Shown here: positions 9,602 to 19,481 of the stretch, one piece after another
How positions within the stretch are numbered: position 1 is the stretch's first letter
Layout: every line of letters starts with the position of its first letter
Made by a program: the position numbers and the translations under genes
Assembly: GCA_038874135.1 (NCBI GenBank)
Contig: JAVZCZ010000001.1
Location: 672,001-736,000, forward strand
Direction of reading: 5' to 3'
Source: Candidatus Woesearchaeota archaeon
GTDB lineage: Archaea > Nanobdellota > Nanobdellia > Woesearchaeales > 0-14-0-80-44-23
Length of the DNA: 64,000 nt
Notes under the pieces: model-generated
Databases searched by the model: none
The model's input: only the letters and a program-made list of their open reading frames with translations
Told to the model about the DNA's origin: nothing

Positions 9602-9743
9602 TACTCATTATGTAAGATTATTTATATATAAATATTTTGAATTTTATTATTTTTTACTTATTTTGTAAGATTATTTATTACTTATTATGTAAGTATTATT
9701 ACTTATTATGTAAGTATTATTTTTTGTGCAAAGATTTATATAG
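9602..9743. promoter_or_regulatory. Divergent promoter with four TACTYA-N5-TAAGWW boxes (9602-9618, 9655-9671, 9679-9695, 9700-9716) and TATA boxes at ~9621-9634 (minus) and ~9735-9742 (plus, pheS)
   Basis: Boxes 3 and 4 are perfect TACTTA-TTATG-TAAGTA inverted repeats, 21 bp apart. Confidence 0.8.
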
Positions 9744-9765
9744 ATTTTTCTTTTCCAATTTTGAG

Positions 9766-11307
9766 ATGGCCTCTCAGAACCTGAACGAGATTATAGAAGG
9801 TCTTCACCCATATGAAAAAAAGGTGCTCTCAAATCTGCACGAGCCTACCACATTTGAGTCGCTGCTGGAAAGAACTGGCCTTAAAGATGTCCAGCTTATG
9901 AGGGCAATTCAGTGGCTTCAGAATAAGGGGCTTGTTTCTGTTAAGACCGAGCTTAAAGAGGTGGTCGTTCCCGATTCTAACGGGAAGATTTATCTTAAGC
10001 AGGGGATGCCTGAGCGCAGGTTTCTTGAAGCTATAAGTGCCGGGCCCTTGACTGTTTCAGAGCTGAAATCTAAAACGGGGCTTTCTGATCAGGAGGTTGA
10101 GGTTTGTATTGGCATCCTGAAGAAGAAGCTCGCAATAGAGATTCAGAAGACAAAGAAGGGACTGCAGTTCTCAATTACTGAAAATGGCAGAAACATACTC
10201 AGTCAGGGCTCTCTTGAGGAGAACTTCCTTAAGCGCCTTCCAATTGAGGTTTCCAGTATGGAGCGCGAGGACAGATTCTGCTATGAAGAGTTGAGAAGGA
10301 GAAATAGGATTGTTAAGAACGAGGTTATTAACAGCAGAGTAATCCTTCCAACCGAGCTTGGCTCCCAAATTTCTTCTTATGATTTAAGCCAGGATTTGAT
10401 AGAACAGCTCACTCCAGAGATAATCAAGAGTGGCGAGTGGAAGGTTAAGAAATTTCGCAGGTACGATGTCAAGGCTCCCGTTCCTCAAATATATTTTGGA
10501 AGGCGACACTTTGTAAATGAGACGATAAGGTATATAAAACGCATCTGGCTGGACCTTGGTTTCAGAGAGATGGAAGGCAACATTGTTCAATCCAGCTTCT
10601 GGAATTTTGACGCACTGTTCACCCCCCAAGATCATCCTGCTAGAGAGCTTCAGGACACATTTTTCCTAAAAAATCCGGCAAACAGCTCACTTCCAGACGC
10701 GTCTTTAGTCAAAAGGGTATCTCAAACCCATGAGAACGGCTGGAAAACAGGAAGCACTGGATGGCGCTACCGTTGGAGTTCTGAGGAGGCAAAGAAATTG
10801 GTTTTAAGGACACACACCACAGTGCTTTCAGCTAGGACAATTGCCTCCCTTAAAAAGGAGGAGCTTCCTGCAAAGTTCTTTGCAGTTGGCAGATGCTTTA
10901 GAAACGAAACTCAGGACTGGAGCCACCTCTTTGAGTTCTACCAGGTAGAAGGCATAGTTGTTGATCCAAACGCCAACTTCAAACACCTCATCGGCTATCT
11001 GAAACTCTTTTATAACAAGATGGGATATGATGAGGTGAAAATAAGACCGGGATACTTCCCATACACAGAAATGAGCGCAGAGATTGACGTTTACGACCGC
11101 GAGCATAAGAAATGGATAGAGCTCGGCGGGGCGGGAATATTCAGGCCAGAGGTGGTCAAGCCACTCTTAGGAGAGGACATTCCAGTTTTAGCATGGGGCT
11201 TAGGGCTTTCAAGGATAATATCACAATACTACAAGCTTGACGATTTGCGAAGACTGCACAGCAACAACCTTAAGGAGCTGAGAGAGGCAAGGGCCTGGCT
11301 CAGGTGA
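9766..11307 (+). CDS. pheS: Phenylalanine-tRNA ligase alpha subunit (archaeal type)
   Basis: WNFDALFTPQDHPARELQDTF, LRTHTT, FYQVEG, YFPYTEMS, ELGGAGIFRPEV. Start moved to MASQN at 9766, just after the TATA box. Confidence 0.97.
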   Translation: MASQNLNEIIEGLHPYEKKVLSNLHEPTTFESLLERTGLKDVQLMRAIQWLQNKGLVSVKTELKEVVVPDSNGKIYLKQGMPERRFLEAISAGPLTVSELKSKTGLSDQEVEVCIGILKKKLAIEIQKTKKGLQFSITENGRNILSQGSLEENFLKRLPIEVSSMEREDRFCYEELRRRNRIVKNEVINSRVILPTELGSQISSYDLSQDLIEQLTPEIIKSGEWKVKKFRRYDVKAPVPQIYFGRRHFVNETIRYIKRIWLDLGFREMEGNIVQSSFWNFDALFTPQDHPARELQDTFFLKNPANSSLPDASLVKRVSQTHENGWKTGSTGWRYRWSSEEAKKLVLRTHTTVLSARTIASLKKEELPAKFFAVGRCFRNETQDWSHLFEFYQVEGIVVDPNANFKHLIGYLKLFYNKMGYDEVKIRPGYFPYTEMSAEIDVYDREHKKWIELGGAGIFRPEVVKPLLGEDIPVLAWGLGLSRIISQYYKLDDLRRLHSNNLKELREARAWLR

Positions 11308-11316
11308 GGTTAGAAA

Positions 11317-12960
11317 ATGCCTACTATAAACATACGCAAGAACTATCTCAGAAAGCTTTTGAAGAGAAGGTATTCTGAAGAATTTATTCTGAATAGGATT
11401 TCAATGCTGGGCACTGCAATAGAAGGCGTCACTAGAGACGAGTTCATAATAGAAGTGTTTCCAAACAGGCCAGATATGCTCTCTGTAGAGGGCTTCGCTA
11501 GGGCACTCTCACTCTTCACAGGCGCTCGGAAGTCACTGCCGAAGTACTCTGTAGCTGAGAGCGGGCTCAAGGTTCTAGTTGATAAGAGCGTGTCTAATGT
11601 AAGGCCATTTATAAGGTGTGCCCTGGTGAAAAATGTAACCTTGAATGATGATTCTATTAGGAGCATAATGCAGGTTCAGGAGAAGCTGCACCAGACGCAC
11701 GGTAGGAAGCGCAGGAAGGTAGCAATTGGAATTCACGATTTCAGCAGGATGAAGTTCCCCTTAACCTATAAGGCTGTTGATCCCGATTCGGTATCCTTCA
11801 TTCCTTTGGGAGATAATAAAGAGATGAGCCTTTCTCAAATTCTTAAAAGGCATCCTAAGGGGCAGCAGTATTCCTTCACGCTTGAAGGCTTCTCAAAATA
11901 CCCACTGCTCGTGGATGCTAATGGGAATGTGATGAGTTTTCCCCCAATAATAAATGGGGAGCTCACTGCTGTAACTGAGAAGACGCGTGACATCTTCATA
12001 GATGTAACTGGCAGTGATGAAGCTGCTGTTGAGCAGGCGCTTGCAATAATGGTGACAACATTTGCGGATATGGGAGGCAAAATATACTCTGTAAAATGTG
12101 GGGTTAAAAATTCTCCAAACTTGAAATGGCGCAAGCTTCCTCTAAACCTTGCATATGTAAACAAGCTTTTAGGGCTTTCTCTTAAAAAGTCAGACTTGAA
12201 AAAACTACTTTTAAGAATGGGAATAGGCTTTGACGGAAGTAATGCTCTGATACCCCCATACAGGGTTGATATCCTACACCAGTTTGATTTAGTTGAGGAA
12301 GTAGCAATAGCTTACGGCTATGAAAACTTTGAAGCAGAAATTCCGAAAACAGCAACCATTGGAAGTGAGAGCAGCTCTGAAATCTTCTTTAACCACCTGA
12401 GCTCAATAATGGTTGGCTTCGGCTTTATTGAAACGAGCACTTATCACCTCTCAAATTACACAGACATAAAGATTAAGATGAACTATGCACTTCCCTATGT
12501 TGAGCTGGCAAACTCTGTATCTTCAGAATACAACCTGCTGAGACCCTGGCTTCTTCCGATGCTCATGAAGGTGCTCTCAGAGAATAAGACGCAGGCTTTT
12601 CCTCAAAAGCTGTTTGAGATAGGAACGATTTTCATTCCAGATTCAAAAGAGGAAGTGAAGGTGTCTGAAAGGAAGTCCTTTGCAGCTGTGATTTCTGAGA
12701 GGAGCGCTGATTTTACAAAGATAAGGCAAGTGTTAGATGCAATCATGCTTGCTCTTGGCTTACGCTTAGAACTGGAGCCCTGCGAGCACCCATCTTTTAT
12801 TTCGGGAAGGGCCGCTTCAATACTTGTTGAGGGCAAGAATGTGGGCATTATTGGAGAGATAAGCCCGGTAGTTCTTTCATCCTGGCAGGTTGAGACTCCT
12901 GTTGCGGCTTTTGAGATTGACGCTACTCTTCTCAAAACGCTAACTGAAAAGGTAAGATGA
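11317..12960 (+). CDS. pheT: Phenylalanine-tRNA ligase beta subunit
   Basis: PNRPDMLSVEGFAR, QEKLHQTHGRKRRKVAIGIHD, PPYRVDILHQFDLVEEVAIAYGY. Confidence 0.97.
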   Translation: MPTINIRKNYLRKLLKRRYSEEFILNRISMLGTAIEGVTRDEFIIEVFPNRPDMLSVEGFARALSLFTGARKSLPKYSVAESGLKVLVDKSVSNVRPFIRCALVKNVTLNDDSIRSIMQVQEKLHQTHGRKRRKVAIGIHDFSRMKFPLTYKAVDPDSVSFIPLGDNKEMSLSQILKRHPKGQQYSFTLEGFSKYPLLVDANGNVMSFPPIINGELTAVTEKTRDIFIDVTGSDEAAVEQALAIMVTTFADMGGKIYSVKCGVKNSPNLKWRKLPLNLAYVNKLLGLSLKKSDLKKLLLRMGIGFDGSNALIPPYRVDILHQFDLVEEVAIAYGYENFEAEIPKTATIGSESSSEIFFNHLSSIMVGFGFIETSTYHLSNYTDIKIKMNYALPYVELANSVSSEYNLLRPWLLPMLMKVLSENKTQAFPQKLFEIGTIFIPDSKEEVKVSERKSFAAVISERSADFTKIRQVLDAIMLALGLRLELEPCEHPSFISGRAASILVEGKNVGIIGEISPVVLSSWQVETPVAAFEIDATLLKTLTEKVR

Positions 12961-12963
12961 ACC

Positions 12964-13287
12964 TTAATTCTTTTTTTCACCAGTTTCAGTTTTATCTTTT
13001 GCTCTCTGCTTTGAAGGTTTTTCAGATTTTTCTTTCTGCTCCTTCTTCTTTTCCTTTTCTTTTAACTCATAGCCCGCGCTTCTTAATGCCTGAACAACCT
13101 CTTCATGAGAGGCATTCTTATTTATCTCAACCTTCCTTTCTGATGGTTCTAAATGCTTTATGTTACACTTTCGCCTTCTGCAAGCTCCGTCTACTATAAC
13201 ATAATTGCTGTTTATTACATCTATCACTACGCATATACTCCCTGCGTCCCTTCCAGCTATTTTAGTGCAAACTCTTCCTATCTCCAT
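12964..13287 (-). CDS. rpl14e: 50S ribosomal protein L14e
   Basis: MEIGRVCTKIAGRDAG...RRKCNIKHLEP; position at the end of the cluster. Confidence 0.93.
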   Translation of the reverse strand: MEIGRVCTKIAGRDAGSICVVIDVINSNYVIVDGACRRRKCNIKHLEPSERKVEINKNASHEEVVQALRSAGYELKEKEKKKEQKEKSEKPSKQRAKDKTETGEKKN

Positions 13288-13305
13288 TTTTTACACCTCG
13301 CCCAG

Positions 13306-14049
13306 TTAGTATACTTTCATCAGCTTTCTGAACAGGCTGTTAAATATCAGGGCAAATATAAAGTATGACCAGAACCACCCCATGCTGAATCCTCCCAACT
13401 TTATCACCTTTCTGGGAGCGTTTCCTATTTCTATTGAGGTGATGTTTCCGCTCAGTTTTGTTATTGGATTTTCATACTTTGTGCCACTAGTTATGATAAC
13501 CCTTTTTTCATAGCTCACGTTCCCAAATGTGAATGTTAAATTGTATACGCCTTCTTCTCCAGAGAGTAGCCATCTTGCTTTTCCGTTCTGAATTTCCCTT
13601 GTAATATTTCCGTCCAGCACCTGCAGCTGCGGCGTTGCATTTAAGCTAACTTCCCCGCTAACTCCCGACTTGAATGAAAGCGTTACATTAAATGGCTGTC
13701 CTGGAATTATTGGTTCGTATGCCAGGTTTGCAGACATCCAGGCGAATATCAGTATTATTGGTATCCAGCTTATAAGCATCGGCTTTAGAGAGTGGCGCAT
13801 GTACTCTCCGTTTATGCTCATCATTTCAGAATTTATCTTCATAAGCTTCTTAGTGTCAGAGCCGGCGTTTTTAGCTTCCTTCTGAAGTTGGGAGAGCCTC
13901 TCCTTGAGTTCCTTCATCCTCTTCTGGTCTGTAGCGTATTTGTATATCAATGTCATTATAAATGTTATTAATATTGAGAATAGTATGACTGTGATCAGCG
14001 GGCTGAATCTTATCATCTGAGATAGTCCATCATCCAAAAATGACAACAT
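13306..14049 (-). CDS. DUF106 / EMC3-TMCO1 (Oxa1 superfamily) membrane insertase
   Basis: TM, then coiled coil (TDQKRMKELKERL), KPMLISWIP and a C-terminal GWFWSYFIF...RKLM; conserved position after secY. Confidence 0.9.
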   Translation of the reverse strand: MLSFLDDGLSQMIRFSPLITVILFSILITFIMTLIYKYATDQKRMKELKERLSQLQKEAKNAGSDTKKLMKINSEMMSINGEYMRHSLKPMLISWIPIILIFAWMSANLAYEPIIPGQPFNVTLSFKSGVSGEVSLNATPQLQVLDGNITREIQNGKARWLLSGEEGVYNLTFTFGNVSYEKRVIITSGTKYENPITKLSGNITSIEIGNAPRKVIKLGGFSMGWFWSYFIFALIFNSLFRKLMKVY

Positions 14050-14069
14050 CTTTTTACCTCCACAAGGCT

Positions 14070-15458
14070 TTATCCTTTTATGAACTTCCTGACGGTAGGA
14101 TTCATATCAACTGCGTGCTCTCTTGCAATCCTCTCATAGAATTGGTATATTATCATAACAGCGAGCAGTATCCCAGTTCCTCTTGAAAGCGCGCCTGAAA
14201 TATCTGCAAATGCAGCTAGGAATCCAACTGCAATTGCACCCATAACAGTTAATGGGAATATGTATCTTTCCAGAATCCTTTCAAGTATCCTCTCATCCCT
14301 TCTGAATCCGGGAACTTGCAGTCCAGAAGCCAGAATCTGCTCTGCTTGGCTACGCGCATCCATTCCAGAAGTTTGGACCCAGAGGATTGAAAAGAGCACT
14401 GCACCGAGTATCATGAAAAGCATATAAACGAGGGCATGCGCAACATCCAGCCAAGTTAGCCCTCTAGTAACTATCCTGCTCATTATGTTAGGAGCGTTGA
14501 GCCAGGCAACAATTCCAGTAGTTGGAGTGTTCCCTGCAAAAGTTCCAAGTATTGGCCTTCCCATGTTTTGAAGGAGTCTTGCGATGAGCTGAATGTTAGC
14601 CATGAGTGCAGCCACTAATATCACGGGAATGTTGCTGGTGTAGATAAAGTTTAGAGGCCATCTTATGCCATACCCTCTGACTCTGCCAAAGGATAATGGA
14701 ATTTCAACCTTCATCGCCTGAAGGTATACTGCAATGGCGAAAACTGCGAAGGTGAAGAATATTGACATAAACATTAGAGAGGCTGTTTGGATGTCTCCAC
14801 CTGTAAGACTCTTTATGAACATCGGAATTGCTCCTATGTACGCTTCAGGATTTGCTGGGCTTTTAAGTGGTGAGAGCAGGGCTATGAATAGGCTTTTTGA
14901 AACGCCCGCAGCTATGAACAGTGATATTCCCGAGCCGAATCCCCACTTGTTGCTCACCTCATCCATAAATAGGATCAGCATTCCTCCTAGGAATAGCTGA
15001 AATATGAGCACTAATTTTATGAGCCCCTGGTTCGGAGCGTTTGGGTTGGGAGCGAGTCCTCCAGTGTAGACATACAAGGTAGCTTCAAGTATTATAAACG
15101 CTATGGATAGGAGTTTTTGGATGTTTTCAAAGTATGCTCTTCCTTCAGGCTCATTTATGTTTATTTTTAAAAGTCCAGCTCCTACTAGAAGTTGTAGAAC
15201 TATTGAAGCCGTCACGATTGGTCCTATTCCGAGGCTTAGTATGGAGCCGAATTCTGCACCGAGTATTATTGAAAGATATTCAAACTGCTGCAGCGCGTTA
15301 TTTCCCAAGCCGAATAGAGGAATCATCCCCAGCACGAAGAATGATATTAGAACTACCAGAGTCCATTTGAGTTTCTGTTCAAAGGGAACTACTTTTTGAG
15401 TTGGAGGCTGCACTTCTGGAAAGAAGGAAAATATTTTCGGAAGTTTTTGTTCAGACAT
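14070..15458 (-). CDS. secY: Preprotein translocase SecY (Sec61 alpha)
   Basis: LGIGPIVTASIVLQLL, KWGFGSGISLFIAAG, YTSNIPVIL, PGFRRD, GTGILLAV. Confidence 0.98.
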   Translation of the reverse strand: MSEQKLPKIFSFFPEVQPPTQKVVPFEQKLKWTLVVLISFFVLGMIPLFGLGNNALQQFEYLSIILGAEFGSILSLGIGPIVTASIVLQLLVGAGLLKININEPEGRAYFENIQKLLSIAFIILEATLYVYTGGLAPNPNAPNQGLIKLVLIFQLFLGGMLILFMDEVSNKWGFGSGISLFIAAGVSKSLFIALLSPLKSPANPEAYIGAIPMFIKSLTGGDIQTASLMFMSIFFTFAVFAIAVYLQAMKVEIPLSFGRVRGYGIRWPLNFIYTSNIPVILVAALMANIQLIARLLQNMGRPILGTFAGNTPTTGIVAWLNAPNIMSRIVTRGLTWLDVAHALVYMLFMILGAVLFSILWVQTSGMDARSQAEQILASGLQVPGFRRDERILERILERYIFPLTVMGAIAVGFLAAFADISGALSRGTGILLAVMIIYQFYERIAREHAVDMNPTVRKFIKG

Positions 15459-15484
15459 TTTCCCTCTGTGCTTTATTTTTCTTC

Positions 15485-15985
15485 CTAAATCTCTTTTGGC
15501 ATTTCGTTCTTAAGCTTTTTAGCCAGTGCTGCTCCAGAAACGAGAACCTCCCCACCTGCAGCGTTTATTTTTTCCTCAGCAGCTGAGCTTGCGCTCTCAC
15601 AGGTTATTACGAACTTGTGTTTTGGAGTTCCTTCCGAGAGGAGCTTTCCAAAACCGAGGTTTTTGAGATTTATTATATACTTGTCCCCTACTTTTTCTAC
15701 CAGCTTCTGTTCTATAAGCTTCTCTAGATTTTCTTCTAAGTAGGATATGTTCACTGCAGGCTTTTTCTTTGGCGATCCATGAGGATAGAAGCCGTGCTTT
15801 CCGAAGAATTCTCTGTTCTTCCAAATCAATGGCTTCATCTGGTCTGCGCGCTTTCCGGTTCCAGAAAAGCCAGCTCCTCCCTTTCTTCCAGTTCCCCTGT
15901 GGCTCTTTTTTGAGCCCCAGCCGTGGGATCCGGAGCCGCGCATCCTTGAACTCTTCTTTCTCTTATTTGTTGGCATTTTTAACAC
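15485..15985 (-). CDS. rpl15: 50S ribosomal protein uL15
   Basis: RMRGSGSHGWG...GKHGF, EKINAAGGEV. Confidence 0.95.
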   Translation of the reverse strand: MLKMPTNKRKKSSRMRGSGSHGWGSKKSHRGTGRKGGAGFSGTGKRADQMKPLIWKNREFFGKHGFYPHGSPKKKPAVNISYLEENLEKLIEQKLVEKVGDKYIINLKNLGFGKLLSEGTPKHKFVITCESASSAAEEKINAAGGEVLVSGAALAKKLKNEMPKEI

Positions 15986-16349
15986 TCTGCTTCATCATTT
16001 TTTTAATTAGCGCTATTATTTCTTTTCCCCTGTAGCCCAGGGCTCCCTTATTCGTGTACGCTCTCTTTATGCCTCCCCTTTCAAAGCCACCTATTGGGGG
16101 GTGCAGCCTGAAGAATCCCTTTTCATACTCCTTAGGCATCTTTTCTTTTAGCATATTTTCAAAAGATTCATCAATTTCTCCATATGTGACGTAGTCCTTG
16201 ACCTTGTAAATCATTCCAAGGTTTGCAGGATTCTTTTCTAAGAGCACCATTGCGTGCTTTCTCCTAAGCCTCAACATGTTTAAGGTGTCTATTATCTCCT
16301 TCTTCGCAGTTGAGGTTCCCCTTATTAGGATAACTGCTATTTTTTCCAT
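15963..16349 (-). CDS. rpl30: 50S ribosomal protein uL30 (archaeal type)
   Basis: IAVILIRG, DTLNMLRL, KVKDYVTYGE, FRLHPPIGGF, GALGYRG. Confidence 0.95.
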   Translation of the reverse strand: MEKIAVILIRGTSTAKKEIIDTLNMLRLRRKHAMVLLEKNPANLGMIYKVKDYVTYGEIDESFENMLKEKMPKEYEKGFFRLHPPIGGFERGGIKRAYTNKGALGYRGKEIIALIKKMMKQSVKNANK

Positions 16350-16361
16350 TTTTTTGCACCA

Positions 16362-17192
16362 TCACACATTTGAATAGTTCTTCTTATTTCCTTCTATGAA
16401 TTTTGCTTTTGAGCTGAGCCCTTCTGTTTTCATCTCGTTAAGCTTTTGAAGAGCGTCCATTATCGCCTTAACCAGGTTGACTGTGCTTCTGGTTTGTCCA
16501 AGTGCCTTAGACCAAACATCTGTTATGCCTGCAAGCTTTAATATCTTCTGGCCCTCTTCTGTTATGCAGAGGCCTTTTCCCTTCGGAGCGGGTATGAGCT
16601 TTATTCTTACCGAGCCGCACCTTCCTTCAACAGCATAAGGGATGCTGTGGTAACCGCCGCATCCGCACTCCCAGGAGCCGCATCCCCTTCTTATCTTTAT
16701 AAGGTTTAGCTTAGCATTTCTTAGTGCCTTCTCCCTTGCAGGAACTGTTTCCTTTGCTTTGCCGTAGCCAACTCCAACATAGCCGTCTGAGTTTCCTACT
16801 ACTGCAAAGGTTGCGAAGTGAGGCTTGTTTCCTTCCGGAGTTTTCTTTTGAGTCTGCTTGAAGACTCTCCTTTGTCCTCCTCCGAATTTTCCTTTTGCTT
16901 GTCCTATCATTAACAGTTCTGATTTCAGGTTGGGAACTAATGCGTCTACTATCTCTGGCTCAAGGATTTTAAGTCCGTTGTCTAGTATCTGGTCAATGTC
17001 TGTTATCTCTCCACTCTTTACTTTCTTACCCAGTGTGGTTTTGGGATTCCAAGCTTCCTTATTGAATTCGCTTTTTATTTCAACAGTTTCCTCTTCTTCT
17101 ATGGGAACTATTACCTCTTCCTCTGCAGGCGGAGCTTTTGGAATCTCCACTTCTTCCTTTCTCTTTCTGGGTTTTCTTTTTTCCTCAGCCAT
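16362..17192 (-). CDS. rps5: 30S ribosomal protein uS5
   Basis: WNPKTTLGKKV, RRGCGSWECGC, LIPAPKGKGL. Confidence 0.97.
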   Translation of the reverse strand: MAEEKRKPRKRKEEVEIPKAPPAEEEVIVPIEEEETVEIKSEFNKEAWNPKTTLGKKVKSGEITDIDQILDNGLKILEPEIVDALVPNLKSELLMIGQAKGKFGGGQRRVFKQTQKKTPEGNKPHFATFAVVGNSDGYVGVGYGKAKETVPAREKALRNAKLNLIKIRRGCGSWECGCGGYHSIPYAVEGRCGSVRIKLIPAPKGKGLCITEEGQKILKLAGITDVWSKALGQTRSTVNLVKAIMDALQKLNEMKTEGLSSKAKFIEGNKKNYSNV

Positions 17193-17212
17193 TTTTTCTC
17201 ACTGATTCCTTT

Positions 17213-17800
17213 TCACTTTTTTCCAGCGGAAGATAGTATCTTCTGCTTTGTTGCTTCAAATGCTTTTTCAGGTGTCACACCTGATTTTTCGTATTCTGAG
17301 AAGAACCTTTTGAACTTATCCGGTTCTTCATTCTTAAGCTTGAGCATGTAATCGCTGATGTGCTTTCCGGATATTCTGCTTTCTTCTGGCAGTATCTCTT
17401 CAGAGTGTGGAATGTTTAGTCCAGCATCCAGAGCTCCTTTAAGTGCAGCGTATAATCTTGAGCCCTTTACAGATTCCTGAAGCCCTAAGTCAAGAATTGC
17501 TTCGGGATTTTTCATTACCTTTCGCGCCTTAATTCCTAAAAGTAATCCTGTCAGGTATGCTGCGGGAATGTTTCCCCTGTTTAGCTTCCAGCCGTATTTT
17601 ATGAGTTCTCTGGAGTGCGCGCTAGCAACTACGATATCTCCTTTCGGATTATATTCTACAAGCTGAACTATGATGTTTTTAAGCGCCTTTCTAACAACGA
17701 GCCTGGGCTTTTGTGATGAGAGCAGCTTTATTCTCTTATAATAGTTCGTTTTTCCTTCCCTTTTCCTTCTGAATTCCACTGTGAATATTTTTTTTGCCAT
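17213..17800 (-). CDS. rpl18: 50S ribosomal protein uL18
   Basis: [36 protein letters not shown]; start taken at MAKK. Confidence 0.95.
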   Translation of the reverse strand: MAKKIFTVEFRRKREGKTNYYKRIKLLSSQKPRLVVRKALKNIIVQLVEYNPKGDIVVASAHSRELIKYGWKLNRGNIPAAYLTGLLLGIKARKVMKNPEAILDLGLQESVKGSRLYAALKGALDAGLNIPHSEEILPEESRISGKHISDYMLKLKNEEPDKFKRFFSEYEKSGVTPEKAFEATKQKILSSAGKK

Positions 17801-17810
17801 CTTAACCATC

Positions 17811-18266
17811 CTACTGCTTCTTGGTTGCAAGGTTTTGTTCCATTATGTAGAGCTTAAGGTGCGCCTTGCTTCTAAACATTCCGCCCTTGACTTTTAGGTA
17901 TAGCATTCTGAAAGTTTTTCTATCAATTATCCCTTTTTCTTTTAGTTCTGAGAGGAACCTTCTCTGAAGCCTAACCCTGTTCATCCAGCTCTCTTTTTTA
18001 GGAAGGCGCGCTCCATGGCTTCCTTTCAACGAGCCGTCACTTCTCCTTCTTCCCTTCCTCTTTTGTATTAGTATCTTTCTTGCTCTTCCACGCGAAACTC
18101 CCTTCTCCTGTTTTTTGTATATCGCTCCAGAAGATATTAATCTTCCTATGTCCTGCTTGGTTATTGCCTCTTTTATCTCATCCAAGCGCTCTGTGTCAAA
18201 GCGCACCCTCTTCTGGGAGCATTTCATTATTTCAGCAGCAATCCTCTTTTGAACTTTCAGGTTCAT
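17811..18266 (-). CDS. rpl19e: 50S ribosomal protein L19e
   Basis: [32 protein letters not shown]. Confidence 0.96.
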   Translation of the reverse strand: MNLKVQKRIAAEIMKCSQKRVRFDTERLDEIKEAITKQDIGRLISSGAIYKKQEKGVSRGRARKILIQKRKGRRRSDGSLKGSHGARLPKKESWMNRVRLQRRFLSELKEKGIIDRKTFRMLYLKVKGGMFRSKAHLKLYIMEQNLATKKQ

Positions 18267-18276
18267 TTTTAATCAC

Positions 18277-18879
18277 TCACTCTTTTGAGGTAAGCACCTT
18301 TTCCATCTCTTTTATTTCTTCTTCCTTCTTCTCCTCAGCAGATACCTCTTTGTTTTCATTTTGAGATTCCTTTTCTTTCTTAGAAGCAGCCTCTTCTCTT
18401 TCTCTAATCTTTTTCTCCTTGGTCTGGCTTGCCTCTTTCTTCTTCTCAATTCTCTTCTTGAATTCCTCTTCTGCTTTTGTTAAATATTTTTCAGCATCAA
18501 GGTTAAGTACTTCTATGCCCTGCTGTTGCGCTTTTCTGATTATTTCCATTCTCTTCTTCATTCCAACTTTTGAGCTTATTATGACGCCTTGGGATTCCTT
18601 TTTTATCTTTTCAAGCTCTTTTATATTTGAAACAATCACCATTTCAAGTCCGGAATTGTGAAGCCCTCTAATGTCAGCAGGACTCCTCCAGCCAGTGCTC
18701 ACTACAGGAATGTGCCCGGCCTTTCTATGTCTCAACTTTGAATGTATTCCTGTTGGGTATCTCCATCTAGCTTTTACCCTTTTTCTCCTGCCGTAGCACT
18801 GCATTACAAACTTGGGCCTCTTTTTTGCTATCTCAGCCCTCTTTTTCAGGTGTTCCTTTTTCTTATTTTCTGATGCCAT
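18277..18879 (-). CDS. rpl32e: 50S ribosomal protein L32e with a charged C-terminal extension
   Basis: WRYPTGIHSKLR, GWRSPADIRGLHNSG. Confidence 0.93.
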   Translation of the reverse strand: MASENKKKEHLKKRAEIAKKRPKFVMQCYGRRKRVKARWRYPTGIHSKLRHRKAGHIPVVSTGWRSPADIRGLHNSGLEMVIVSNIKELEKIKKESQGVIISSKVGMKKRMEIIRKAQQQGIEVLNLDAEKYLTKAEEEFKKRIEKKKEASQTKEKKIREREEAASKKEKESQNENKEVSAEEKKEEEIKEMEKVLTSKE

Positions 18880-18899
18880 TTTGCTTCACAGCTTAATCA

Positions 18900-19469
18900 T
18901 TATTCAAGCAGGTTTTTGCCAGCTTTTTCATATATGAATATCCCATCTTGGAATATGCGCCTATCCCTGTTTTTTATCGTGCATAACTGTTCTATTGAAG
19001 CAGCTGTCTGCCCAGTTTTTTCCTTGTCTGTACCTTCCACTCTTACAATGTTTCCGTCTACAGTAACCTTTACTCCTGAAGGAATTTTCATTGTTCTAGG
19101 CTTTCTCTCTCCTAAAAAGTTTTTTACTGAAAATTCATCTCCACTCACTGTGGCTTTTATTGGGAAGTGGCTATAGCATATCTTAAGCAGGTAAACATAT
19201 CCTTCTTGAACTCCCCTTATCATGTTTTTTATGTGAGCAACTACAGAGTAGAGCTGTGTCTTCGCTCTCTTTTTTGGCTTTGCTGCACTAACAACTATTT
19301 TTCCTTCTGAAATCTCTAATGTTATGTTTGGAAACTTGAACTCTCTTACTACTTCTCCTTTGGGCCCCTGTACTGATAAGAGGGATCCGTCCAGCCTTGC
19401 ACTTACGCCTGCGGGAATTTCTATTTCTTCAAAGATTCCCTTTTCACCATTCGCATTTTCTTTCGCCAT
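18900..19469 (-). CDS. rpl6: 50S ribosomal protein uL6
   Basis: YSHFPI, NFLGERKPR, RDRRIFQDGIFI. Confidence 0.97.
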   Translation of the reverse strand: MAKENANGEKGIFEEIEIPAGVSARLDGSLLSVQGPKGEVVREFKFPNITLEISEGKIVVSAAKPKKRAKTQLYSVVAHIKNMIRGVQEGYVYLLKICYSHFPIKATVSGDEFSVKNFLGERKPRTMKIPSGVKVTVDGNIVRVEGTDKEKTGQTAASIEQLCTIKNRDRRIFQDGIFIYEKAGKNLLE

Positions 19470-19481
19470 TTTAGACCCTTT

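Noticed and set aside
9600-9720. CRISPR mini-array
   Set aside because: Units are 17-21 bp, nearly adjacent and have no spacers or cas genes; they fit operator boxes better.
9637-9765. N-terminal extension of PheS (YYYLLCK repeats)
   Set aside because: It is a translation of the operator array; the real start is 9766, after the TATA.
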